Assembly (NCBI GenBank): GCA_035510575.1
Contig: DATKGV010000008.1
Coordinates: 68,618-132,617, forward strand
Source: Minisyncoccota bacterium
Lineage (GTDB): Bacteria; Patescibacteriota; Minisyncoccia; Phycocordibacterales; UBA9973
Direction of reading: 5' to 3'
Length of the DNA stretch: 64,000 bases
Under the pieces are notes generated by a model, which was not told where the DNA came from, searched no databases, and worked only from the letters and a program-made list of their open reading frames with translations. The position numbers and the translations under genes were made by a program. This document shows, piece by piece, positions 49,148 through 58,765 of this stretch. Position 1 is the stretch's first letter; each line of letters opens with the position of its first letter.

Positions 49148-50606
49148 CAGTGACATATTGGCGAGCATTGCCAAAGACCGCACCGTCAGGCAGAGCGTTA
49201 CCAGAGAAAGTCATCTTTTCTTTTTTCTCGTGTACTTTCCTCACTATGTGAAGTACGAGGTCGCGCCGTTCCAAGACGAGATATTCGACCTGACTCAAGA
49301 CACTTCAAAGAAATTGGTCTGCATTGTCGCGTTCCGCGGCTCGGCAAAGTCCACGATCGTCACCTTTTCATACACGCTCTGGGCGATCCTCGGGAAGCAA
49401 AACAAGAAATATGTCCTCATCGTCTGCCAGACGAAAGCGCAGGCAAAACAGCATATGATGAACATCCGCTATGAACTGGAAACGAACGATCTCCTCAAGA
49501 GCGACTTGGGACCGTTCCGAGAAGAAAACGATACAGAGTGGGCATCGTCGTCGTTGGTATTTGAGAATGTCGGAGCGAGAATCACGATCGCCTCGCTTGA
49601 GCAAAGCATCCGCGGATTCAAGCACAACCAGTACCGCCCCGATCTCATTATCCTTGACGACATTGAAGACCTGAACTCGACCAAGACGCTCGACAGCAGA
49701 AACAAGACGTTTGACTGGTTCTCTCGGGAAGTTGTTCCGCTCGGAGACATTGATACCAGAATCATATTAGTAGGAAATCTACTCCACGAGGACTCGCTCA
49801 TGATGAAATTGAAAACGAAGATTGAGAAAAGAGAAATGGATGGAGTGTTTAAGTGGTATCCGCTTCTCGATGACGAGGGCAGGTGCCTGTGGCCCGGCAA
49901 GTTTGACAGGCCTGAGAAAATCGAGGCACTGAGACGAAGCGTGGCGAATGAACTGGCGTGGCAGCAGGAATATTTATTGCATATAATTTCGGATTCGACC
50001 CGCGTGATATTCCCCGAGTGGATCCAATACTATGACAATCTGCCGGAAGGAATCGAGCATGATTCGCGGGGCGTGTTCATTGGAGTGGACTTGGCGATCT
50101 CGCAAAAAGAAACGGCTGACTATACCGCAGTCGTCACCGGAGTGCTGCACCAGATCGACCGAGAATTGAAAATGTACATCCTGCCGAATCCGATCAACAA
50201 GCGGATGCCGTATCCGGAAACAGTTAATACGATACGGATGATTGCAAAGAATCTGCCGTACAACATGGAGCCATTGGTGGTGATCGAATCGAACGGCTTT
50301 CAAGAAATTTATGCCGATCAGTTGGCGGGGTCGGGAGTGTTGGTCGAAGGCGTAAAAAATACGACTGACAAGCGGTCGCGCCTTGCCATGACTTCGCATT
50401 ACATACAGACAGGCGTGATCCAATTTCCGAGAAATGGAGCAGACGAGCTTATCAACCAGCTGACGGGATTCGGGATCGAGGGGCATGACGATCTTGCCGA
50501 TGCGTTCGCGATGGCGGTGATACGGTCGCTTGATGTCTTGCAGGACAACAGGGATTTTGACGCGTGGCTAAAATTTGTGGAGGAGAATGGGGGACCTTGG
50601 ATTTGA
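49134..50606 (+). CDS. terL: Phage large terminase subunit
   Basis: Walker A FRGSAKST; Walker B IILDD; RNase H-type GVDLA...DYTA...HDDLADA. Confidence 0.88.
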   Translation: MKNPSSDILASIAKDRTVRQSVTRESHLFFFLVYFPHYVKYEVAPFQDEIFDLTQDTSKKLVCIVAFRGSAKSTIVTFSYTLWAILGKQNKKYVLIVCQTKAQAKQHMMNIRYELETNDLLKSDLGPFREENDTEWASSSLVFENVGARITIASLEQSIRGFKHNQYRPDLIILDDIEDLNSTKTLDSRNKTFDWFSREVVPLGDIDTRIILVGNLLHEDSLMMKLKTKIEKREMDGVFKWYPLLDDEGRCLWPGKFDRPEKIEALRRSVANELAWQQEYLLHIISDSTRVIFPEWIQYYDNLPEGIEHDSRGVFIGVDLAISQKETADYTAVVTGVLHQIDRELKMYILPNPINKRMPYPETVNTIRMIAKNLPYNMEPLVVIESNGFQEIYADQLAGSGVLVEGVKNTTDKRSRLAMTSHYIQTGVIQFPRNGADELINQLTGFGIEGHDDLADAFAMAVIRSLDVLQDNRDFDAWLKFVEENGGPWI

Positions 50607-50611
50607 GCTAC

Positions 50612-53302
50612 TTACGCTTTTGAGAACAGTCGCACAATTTCTTCGAAATTCTTCGCTTTATTTTCTTCCCATTCCTCTTGTTTGATATACAGAGCTTCGT
50701 AGATCATTTTACTTTGCCTGTCATTCACATCCTTACACCACTTTTGCAAACGCTCAAACTTTATTTTGTCGTCCTCATCTTCTCTGCCTTTGGTCTCAAT
50801 GATGAAAACGGTCTTATCATTTTTTTTCACAAAGAAGTCAGGATAGTACGTGGCAATAAAGCCCTCGGAATTTTTATATTCAATTCGCAGAGCATTTGCT
50901 TCTTTGTTTTGGAAGTTTTTTGCATAAGAAATTATATCGTCGCACCGCTCAAGGAAATCGGCAAAAGTGAGCTCGAAATTACTATCGCCAACGATGCGAT
51001 TGAATACGGATTTTTTCGGGATCAAAAAAGATTTGTCATTTACAACGAATGGTCGCGCTTCACTTATCTTAATGTAGTTCTTTATTTCCGTATCACCACC
51101 ATCTTTTACTGTAAGCTCATTGATGGCTTTCTTGAACTCGTCCTTGATCAGCTTAATGTATTCGACTTCGGAGAGGTTCCGTAAGAGATTAAGATCGGAT
51201 AAATTGACAGCTCCCTCAAACATATAATTCTCCACGAAATCACGCACTTTACCGAATAAGATGTCGTAGCATCCGAAAAGTCGGAGCTCTCGCATTATCG
51301 CTTGGGCGAAGAAGCCTATGACGCTTTGATAGTTTGGCTCAATATCGCCAGTGAGAACAGTCGTATGGTGCGTCTTCTCATCTACAACGTCTTTAAACAC
51401 AATTTCGCGCTTCTCTTCCTCGGAAAATATTTTTATTTTTACTCGCTTACTACCAAACATTGAAACGTTAAGCTCTGATAGATTTTTATACTCTCTCTGT
51501 ATACGCGGACTCATGACAGGGATTTCAATATCGAGCTTTTCAATATCTTTTTTTGGGTTGTCCTTGTCCACTTCCACCACCATCGGCGTAATCGGCTTGG
51601 ATCCGCTACCCATCAGTCGCTTTTCAAGAAGTACACCCTCGCCTTTAATTGATTCAACAAAATCCATAAAGGCGGGAGTGCCGATGACACTTACATACTC
51701 ATCAACATCGTCTCTTCCGAAAAACATTCGTCGCAAGCCACGACCAAGCGTCTGTTCTGGCAATATCTTTGAGTCAGAGGCATATGGGCGAAGTCCCACG
51801 ATAGTTGTGACATTTTTCACATCCCATCCTTCTTTGAGCATCATCACAGAAATAATAACTTTGAATGGACTTTCCCAACTGTCGATGTCATTTGCTTGTT
51901 TTCGCAGGATTTCAAGTTCTTCCTTATTTTTTCCAGAGATGGTTTCAGAAATCTCACCACTTTTATTAGTATGAATTGTGAGGACTCCACCTTTTAGATC
52001 AGCGAAGCTCGTCTCAAGATATTGCGCTACTTCATCGCAGTTCTGAGTATCATCAGTCATTATGAACAATATAGATTTCTTACCTACAGGTTTGAGCGTC
52101 TCGTACGACTTCTTCCATTCTTCCACTCCAAGATTTATATAATCCCTGTATTTCTCACTGAACAGTGTGCTCTGGTTCGGCTTGAGTTTGCCACGGCTCG
52201 CTTCGTCCGGGACGACGGGATTTTTGACTATTCTCTGGTGTATTGCCTCAACAAGTGGATAGTCAGAAATCGTCTGTACGAAAATTGAGCCGTCCGTCTT
52301 CTTCGGTGTTGCAGTTACATCGAGTTGGAGCGACAACCCAGTACCTTTTTGTTTGAGGCGGTTGTCTATGTCTTGGATTGATTTGAACCAAGCGAGCTTC
52401 TCGTCGTGGATATGGTGTGCTTCGTCGTTAATGACGATCAACTCGTCTATATCTCGCACAATCATTCCCAAATCAACGGTAGAGTCATTCGTTTTCGTGA
52501 CAGGCTTTTCACCAAGGAAATACTGGGAAGCATCCTCGTCTTCTAGGGTTGCCTCTTTTGTGTCGCCTTCAAACACGCGATGGATATTTGTGAGGAATAT
52601 ATTACCTGTGTCTGAAATACCTCGCAGTGCATCTTGGAGGTGAAGTGTTACTTGAAAATCATCATGCCAGTTCTGTCCTCGATATCCATTATCAGGAAGT
52701 ACAGGATCTTCAAAAAATATGTTCAATCCTTCAAAATCTTTTTTTATTCGTTCAAAAACGATAACATTCGGAGTTATTAAAAGAAAGTTTTTTGCCAGCT
52801 TGGAGTCAGTTTCATAAAGTTTGTGAAAATACGCCCACGCGACGATCAAGCTCATAACTTTTGTCTTACCTGCCCCTGTCGCCATTTTTATCACGAAACG
52901 GAGCCAGTCCTCTGTGAACATTTGTGGAGAGAGTACGCCAGTCGAGTTGTATCTGATGAGATCGTATTTATCCTTTACTTGGGCAACCTCATAAAGCCAG
53001 ACAACTGTCTCCAGCGCTTCGCGCTGGGCGAAGTAGTATCGGAAATTATACGTAGTTCCATCTTTGTCAGCTAAAATATGTTCTTCTTTGAACCACCAGT
53101 TAAGCAATGCTATTGAAGTATCACTTGCTCCCTTGTAATTCTGGTCTCGCCACTCTTTTACTTTCTTTCGTAATTCCGCAACAAGAGGTGGAAGAAGTTT
53201 CTCATATCCTCGCTCGCGCAGATCCTCGGCAGCAGGAAACCACCGGATGCTCGGGTCGAGTATTTCAAATGGGTCTTTGGGAAAATCTTTATGTAGTGCC
53301 AT
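50612..53302 (-). CDS. res: Type III restriction enzyme, Res subunit
   Basis: MATGAGKT; DEAHH; LKEGWD; EQTLGRGLR; PDF..ETKG. Confidence 0.93.
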   Translation of the reverse strand: MALHKDFPKDPFEILDPSIRWFPAAEDLRERGYEKLLPPLVAELRKKVKEWRDQNYKGASDTSIALLNWWFKEEHILADKDGTTYNFRYYFAQREALETVVWLYEVAQVKDKYDLIRYNSTGVLSPQMFTEDWLRFVIKMATGAGKTKVMSLIVAWAYFHKLYETDSKLAKNFLLITPNVIVFERIKKDFEGLNIFFEDPVLPDNGYRGQNWHDDFQVTLHLQDALRGISDTGNIFLTNIHRVFEGDTKEATLEDEDASQYFLGEKPVTKTNDSTVDLGMIVRDIDELIVINDEAHHIHDEKLAWFKSIQDIDNRLKQKGTGLSLQLDVTATPKKTDGSIFVQTISDYPLVEAIHQRIVKNPVVPDEASRGKLKPNQSTLFSEKYRDYINLGVEEWKKSYETLKPVGKKSILFIMTDDTQNCDEVAQYLETSFADLKGGVLTIHTNKSGEISETISGKNKEELEILRKQANDIDSWESPFKVIISVMMLKEGWDVKNVTTIVGLRPYASDSKILPEQTLGRGLRRMFFGRDDVDEYVSVIGTPAFMDFVESIKGEGVLLEKRLMGSGSKPITPMVVEVDKDNPKKDIEKLDIEIPVMSPRIQREYKNLSELNVSMFGSKRVKIKIFSEEEKREIVFKDVVDEKTHHTTVLTGDIEPNYQSVIGFFAQAIMRELRLFGCYDILFGKVRDFVENYMFEGAVNLSDLNLLRNLSEVEYIKLIKDEFKKAINELTVKDGGDTEIKNYIKISEARPFVVNDKSFLIPKKSVFNRIVGDSNFELTFADFLERCDDIISYAKNFQNKEANALRIEYKNSEGFIATYYPDFFVKKNDKTVFIIETKGREDEDDKIKFERLQKWCKDVNDRQSKMIYEALYIKQEEWEENKAKNFEEIVRLFSKA

Positions 53303-53303
53303 A

Positions 53304-55562
53304 TTAAATTTTCACCTCGATTACTCGAGTGGTATCGTTACCAAAAATGTCTACGACCTTTACTGCAATGGTGTACGCTCCTTTTGGCATTTCTTTTTTT
53401 GCAGAAATGAGTTCAAGGTTCCTGTTCTTCTTAGTGCGAAAACTCTGCCATTCGTTATCAAAAATATAGTCTCCCGTCCATTCTTCTTTTTCTTCGCTGT
53501 CTTCTGTGAACTTTACGATTTCCTTTCGGCTTGTGAAATCAAAATCAACCGCCCAATAGTCAATCCAGTCACTCCACTTTTTTGTAAGCTGTTCAGGAGG
53601 ATTCACCATTCCATTCTTGTCGGTCGTGACTTTCCAAATCTGCCCTTTATCTACAACAATTTTAGTTTTACCTTTAGATCCGTTGATTTCCTCGATGACT
53701 GTATCGAGCTCGTCTTGTGAGTAGAAAACTGAGAAATCAGAAAGTTCGAGAGCAAGTTCTTTGATGCTTCCTTTGCCTGTTACAATAGGTTTGACCTCAA
53801 TGAAAGCAACATCGTAGAACTTGATTTGACCTTTTTCGACGGCGCGTTTGTCGAACACCTCGCGCGGGATGATTTTGAAAGATATATCCACGCCTTGTTC
53901 TTTGTACTCTTGAAAATCTATACCCATCTCGTAGTCGAAACCGAGTACATCCACTTTTGTAATCTGCTTTGATTTGCACTCTTTCACGATATCTTTTATG
54001 AGCTTATGTGAGACTGGATAATTTATAGGACCAACAGCAACGAGACGATCTCGCTTCTTACCGACAATATTCACGAACGATTCGACAGGCTCGGCTTTGT
54101 AAGCGGCGATGATGAGGCGAACAAACTCTTTTTCTTTTCGCTCTGCCTGTTTTGCTTTTTCTTCTGCTCGCAGATTATCGTTTATAGCAATATAGTTTTC
54201 ACGCTCGTATCTGCCAACGTTCAAAATTTCGAATGCTCGGAAATTCTTGCCCTCTTTTTTGAGTTCACGCTGTACTCCAATCATTCGCTTGCGAGAAGTA
54301 TGGACACCGAACTTGCCCAAATCGGATCCAATCCATTTTCTGCCGGACTTTTCTGCAACAGCCATTGTTGTACCCGAACCACAGAAAAAATCAGCGACAA
54401 GATTTCCTTCATCCGAAGACGCTTTGATCAAACGCTCTATGAGACTTTCGGGTTTCTGGGTTGGGTAATCAAGATTTTCTTTACTTATTGCTTGAATGTT
54501 GCTCGTAGTTTTATCTACAAATAAACTCTGTGCGGGAGTACCCTTGTTATCTTCTAAGTAATACTTGTAATGAATTGACTTATTTTTTGTAATAACAATT
54601 AAGTTATTTTTTATTGCTTCGTTTATTCTGTCTTGAGACCATCTCCAATGGTTTCCCTTGGGTGGAGCAATCAATTCACCATTGAAATATCTTGCCTCTC
54701 CAGATCCAGAAGCTGTCAGGGTGACCAATCTGTATTTTCTGCCGTCTCCGTCATCCAACTTGAAAAATGTATTTATGTAGTTTTCATCGGCTGGAGTATA
54801 TTGAGTATTAAAAATATAATTATCTGATTTGGTGTAGAACAAAATTGTGTCGTGTATATTTGCATACTTCGTATCAACATGCCCGTGCGGATTGCTTCTT
54901 TGCCAAATAATTTCATTCCTAAAATTATCTTTCCCAAAAATCTCATCCAAGACCAAACGCATATAACTATTTACTCTCCAATCACAATGCACATAAATAC
55001 TTCCGTCATCTGCGAGTAAGTCGCGCATCAATTTCAATCGCTCATAAATCATTGCGACAAAACTATCCGCACCCTTTCCCCAAGTATCACGATATGCGAT
55101 TTCTTCAATCACTGAAGGTTTTTTAGTAAACTGCTCCTCACCAATTTCTATATCCATCGAAAAATCCGCACCGACATCAAACGGAGGGTCTATGTAAATC
55201 AATTTAAGTCCGCCCTGTGCTTCAATTTCTTTTCGAAGCGGTCCGTTTTTGAGTGACGAAAGAATCAGTTTGTTATCGCCCCAGATGAGCTTGTTCGTCC
55301 AGCCCGTAACCTGTCTGCCAGTAGTATCAAAAAGTGAATCTTGCGCTCCGATCTTGCCTTCACTTCGAGGCTCATCGATTTGCTCGATTGCCTGAAACGG
55401 GAGGACAACATTTGTCACTTCGTTCGTTTTTCCATTCCAAAGAAGCTCGACCTCGCGGTCGTCTTTGAATAGTAAAAAACGATACTTGTCAGGGAGAGGT
55501 TTTCCTGCTTCCAAGTATTTTATTACATCTCTTTTTTCGTTATCTGAAAGATTTGATGACAT
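53304..55562 (-). CDS. mod: Type III R-M methyltransferase, Mod subunit
   Basis: LIWGDN; YIDPPF; YPTQKPE; DFFCGSGTT; adjacent to res. Confidence 0.93.
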   Translation of the reverse strand: MSSNLSDNEKRDVIKYLEAGKPLPDKYRFLLFKDDREVELLWNGKTNEVTNVVLPFQAIEQIDEPRSEGKIGAQDSLFDTTGRQVTGWTNKLIWGDNKLILSSLKNGPLRKEIEAQGGLKLIYIDPPFDVGADFSMDIEIGEEQFTKKPSVIEEIAYRDTWGKGADSFVAMIYERLKLMRDLLADDGSIYVHCDWRVNSYMRLVLDEIFGKDNFRNEIIWQRSNPHGHVDTKYANIHDTILFYTKSDNYIFNTQYTPADENYINTFFKLDDGDGRKYRLVTLTASGSGEARYFNGELIAPPKGNHWRWSQDRINEAIKNNLIVITKNKSIHYKYYLEDNKGTPAQSLFVDKTTSNIQAISKENLDYPTQKPESLIERLIKASSDEGNLVADFFCGSGTTMAVAEKSGRKWIGSDLGKFGVHTSRKRMIGVQRELKKEGKNFRAFEILNVGRYERENYIAINDNLRAEEKAKQAERKEKEFVRLIIAAYKAEPVESFVNIVGKKRDRLVAVGPINYPVSHKLIKDIVKECKSKQITKVDVLGFDYEMGIDFQEYKEQGVDISFKIIPREVFDKRAVEKGQIKFYDVAFIEVKPIVTGKGSIKELALELSDFSVFYSQDELDTVIEEINGSKGKTKIVVDKGQIWKVTTDKNGMVNPPEQLTKKWSDWIDYWAVDFDFTSRKEIVKFTEDSEEKEEWTGDYIFDNEWQSFRTKKNRNLELISAKKEMPKGAYTIAVKVVDIFGNDTTRVIEVKI

Positions 55563-55563
55563 A

Positions 55564-55764
55564 GGGGTACAGTTCTATGTCTCAGCTGTCTTATTTTTTT
55601 GTATAGAAACGGCAAAAAGGGACAGCCGAGCCTGTACCCCATAGCGGTGCTACCCCGAAAGGTTCCTGTTATGGAACTCGGACTGCCCCTCTTTGCCAAT
55701 AACAGGTAAGAGAAAACAGTCCTTTCGGGGACGAAGCACAATTATAAAAAACACTATGGGGTAC
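55564..55764 (-). promoter_or_regulatory. Highly structured 5' leader of the mod-res operon with alternative pairings
   Basis: 55611-55630 pairs with 55677-55697; 55634-55672 pairs in blocks with 55699-55764; 55632-55640 pairs with 55564-55572 next to the start codon. Confidence 0.6.
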
Positions 55765-56019
55765 TTTTGAAATATAACATAAAAACCCCCTTAAATGAAG
55801 CTTTATTTAAGGGGTTACCAACAGGCAGATTTAAGTGATATTTAGAGGAAAAGTATCACTTTTATGTGCCCCGCGCGATAGCAGATCAAAAAATCATAGA
55901 CATTGACACAAAACACAAAAATTGTACATTAAGCTCGGTCAACCCCCCGAATATTGAAGTTCCGACTCCTGCTCGGAGCTTCTTTTTCGGAATTATTAAA
56001 TAAGAAGAAATAGAAGCAT

Positions 56020-56895
56020 ATGACAAAACACAAGTTCACATTTGCAGAATTACCAATAGGTCAGGTCGCCCGAGATCCGAATCAACCGAGAAAAGACTTC
56101 GGAGCCGAAGGCGAGAAAAACAAGTTAAAATTATCAATCAAGAACTACGGAATCGAGGAGCCGATTAAAGTAAGCGAAATATCAGACAAGCGCTTTATTA
56201 TTATTGACGGACATCGTCGCTTCATATGTGCCCAGAAGCTTGGCATGAAGACGGTGCCTTGTCGCATCTATCCCAAGATGACGGACGGCGAGTTCGAGAC
56301 GAGACGTTACGAAATGCAAAACAATCGTCGTGCATGGAATCCGCTTGAACGCTCTGAAGCATTGGAGCGAATCAAGTACTCGTATGGGTTCAAGAACAAC
56401 CACGAGCTTGCCGATTACCTTGGCATGAGCAGATCATCTGTACAACTCGCAATGCAAATGAGAAAGCAGAGAATATCGAACTTAACAATGATGGAGAGAT
56501 ATAATGTACCGAAAAGCGTCCGTATGTCGATGCTCAACATCTTCAAGAAGCTCCGTAAGATCAAGAAACTTGAAGTCGATGACATCATCGAAGTCATATT
56601 CGAGAAGATCGACAAGAAAGTGATTACAAAATCGCTCGACATCCGCAAGATTGGCAAAGCGTTCATGCAAGCGACGATTAATGAGGATGAGCTGTACCAG
56701 TTTTTGACGAAGCCCGATATGACAGCGAATGAGCTCGAACAGCGTACGCGCCAGACAGGATTCGCGCTCATGTGTGGAGATCTCATCAAGAAGATTACTC
56801 AGAAAAAAGAGAATGGAACATCGTATACCAAGAACGAAAAAGCCTCTCTCGTTCAACTCCAAGCCCTTATCAGGAAAACTATAAAAGTCGCATAA
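56020..56895 (+). CDS. ParB/RepB/Spo0J family protein
   Basis: PNQPRK.F; IIDGHRR; HTH ELADYLGMSRSSV. Confidence 0.88.
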   Translation: MTKHKFTFAELPIGQVARDPNQPRKDFGAEGEKNKLKLSIKNYGIEEPIKVSEISDKRFIIIDGHRRFICAQKLGMKTVPCRIYPKMTDGEFETRRYEMQNNRRAWNPLERSEALERIKYSYGFKNNHELADYLGMSRSSVQLAMQMRKQRISNLTMMERYNVPKSVRMSMLNIFKKLRKIKKLEVDDIIEVIFEKIDKKVITKSLDIRKIGKAFMQATINEDELYQFLTKPDMTANELEQRTRQTGFALMCGDLIKKITQKKENGTSYTKNEKASLVQLQALIRKTIKVA

Positions 56896-56899
56896 TACT

Positions 56900-58288
56900 A
56901 TGGCAATATCTGTACCCACAAACAAAAAAGCCGTAGCGTATTATCGTCATTCTGCAAAAGATAAACAAGAAAATTCAGTTGCCATCCAACAAGGACATAC
57001 TCAAGCATTTGCCGCAACTCACAAAATAGAGATTATTCACGAAGAAGCAGATGAGGGTGAAAGCGGACTATCGGCCGATCGACCCGGATATCAGCGATTA
57101 TTCGATGAATGGATAACAAACCCCCTCGCCCCCGCCTTTGACTACGTCTTCGTATACGATGTCTCCCGTTGGGGACGATTTCAGGACCAAGACGAGGCGG
57201 CGCATTATGAATATCTTTGTAAGCAGCACGGTAAGAAAGTTGTTTACGTTTCGCAGGGCTTTCCTAAAGAAGATGAACAACTCATCTCCACACTTCAAAC
57301 ATCAATCGGTCGATACATGGCCGCCGAGTACTCGCGCCAGTTAAGCGGTAAAGTCTGGCACGGATGCGTCAAAGTTTCAGAGCAAGGATTTTCTGCCGGA
57401 GGACAGCCTCCATATGGGATGAGCCGATTACTTCTTGGCGAAGACAAGAAGCCAGTAAAGAAACTCAAACGAGGTCAATGGAAATCCATATCAAACGAGC
57501 GCGTCACATTCGCCCCTGCCGACGACGGAACAGCGGAGATAGTCAAAGACATGTATTCAATGCTCGTCGAGAAATGGGAATCGCCCCAGTCGATCGCCGA
57601 CATATTGAACGAGCGAGGCATTCCGACAGTGCAGGGTAAGAAATGGAAATCAAGCGGGGTGCTCAATATCCTCACTAACGAGGTATATACAGGAACCCGA
57701 ATTTACAACAAGACTTGGGGTCGATTGAAGCAAAAACATCGTGCTAATCCACGAAGCGAGTGGGTTATTCAGCCAAATGCGTTTGAAGGAATCATATCGT
57801 CTGAAATATTCAACGCCGCGCAAGACCGTCTGTACTGGCTCATGCCAAGCAAATGGCAAAAGGGCGCATACACGGTGCGAAAAGCGCGGCGTGGACTGCA
57901 AGCCGAAATCACGACCTTGCTCATGAGCAAAGGAATGGAAATCGACGACGCGGACATGGCGGTACGGAAATTGCCCATGGCGATCGGCGCACGGTTCACC
58001 GTCGAGGGTGTAGCCAACTGGTGCTTCACAGTGAAAGAATATATGAAGAATTATGACTACATCATCGGCGTAAGCGTCGCAACAGATCGGCATGATCCTG
58101 TTGATAGGTTCTTCTGGATTCCCATCAGCACATTTGACGGCACGGACTATGTGGTATTCTCGGAGAAAGATGACTGCTATCACACTTCGAGTATTCCGAG
58201 TGGCGAGGTTCAGAAAAGGATTCTGTCCTTGTTGCCTGATCTTAAATTATTTAGCGATTTACCTATAATAATTCCGCCAACAGAATAA
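56900..58288 (+). CDS. Large serine recombinase
   Basis: AYYRHS..KQENS; SG...DRPG; DVSRWGR; recombinase domain PPYG..ILTNEVYTG. Confidence 0.92.
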   Translation: MAISVPTNKKAVAYYRHSAKDKQENSVAIQQGHTQAFAATHKIEIIHEEADEGESGLSADRPGYQRLFDEWITNPLAPAFDYVFVYDVSRWGRFQDQDEAAHYEYLCKQHGKKVVYVSQGFPKEDEQLISTLQTSIGRYMAAEYSRQLSGKVWHGCVKVSEQGFSAGGQPPYGMSRLLLGEDKKPVKKLKRGQWKSISNERVTFAPADDGTAEIVKDMYSMLVEKWESPQSIADILNERGIPTVQGKKWKSSGVLNILTNEVYTGTRIYNKTWGRLKQKHRANPRSEWVIQPNAFEGIISSEIFNAAQDRLYWLMPSKWQKGAYTVRKARRGLQAEITTLLMSKGMEIDDADMAVRKLPMAIGARFTVEGVANWCFTVKEYMKNYDYIIGVSVATDRHDPVDRFFWIPISTFDGTDYVVFSEKDDCYHTSSIPSGEVQKRILSLLPDLKLFSDLPIIIPPTE

Positions 58289-58344
58289 AAAGAATTAGAA
58301 TTATTGACTGGACTTATTTACGATCTTGCGTCATCTAATAGAGT

Positions 58345-58668
58345 GTGGACGACATAGAAGCGGTCATTAAGACCAGCCAGCATTTCAAATATGAGGACGA
58401 AGAATCAGATGTAAAATACGCCTTCAATCGTATTTCTGATTTGCCGGAATCTAAATCTAAGTTGAAACGAGCGATTAAAGATCGGATTCGTTTACTTTGC
58501 GCGTCGTATATCTCGCTCGCGTCATTCATTCCTGACGAGGATGCTGAATATTTGATCGGCTTGCACGGCGAGCAGAAGAAAAAACGATCAATCAAAATAA
58601 TGATGCGGATGATGAAAGAGATGGATAAGCTTGAAAAAGAAATCCGTAATTTTGATCCGTTTTCTTAA
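58345..58668 (+). CDS. Hypothetical protein
   Basis: 107-aa helical ORF. Confidence 0.55.
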   Translation: MDDIEAVIKTSQHFKYEDEESDVKYAFNRISDLPESKSKLKRAIKDRIRLLCASYISLASFIPDEDAEYLIGLHGEQKKKRSIKIMMRMMKEMDKLEKEIRNFDPFS

Positions 58669-58686
58669 TTATAAAAAATTGCGCGA

Positions 58687-58701
58687 ACTCGCTTCGCGAG
58701 T
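58687..58701 (-). promoter_or_regulatory. DGR target-recognition hairpin candidate with GAA triloop
   Basis: ACTCGC-GAA-GCGAGT on the target strand, about 80 bp downstream of VR. Confidence 0.65.
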
Positions 58702-58765
58702 AAATGCCAAAGGGTCAAAGAATCCAAGAGCCAAAGAATCAGAAAAATACAAAGAGGCAATAGGT

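Noticed and set aside
55523-55741. 72-aa ORF upstream of mod
   Set aside because: Coincides with extensive base-pairing, overlaps the mod start out of frame and has no protein-like features.
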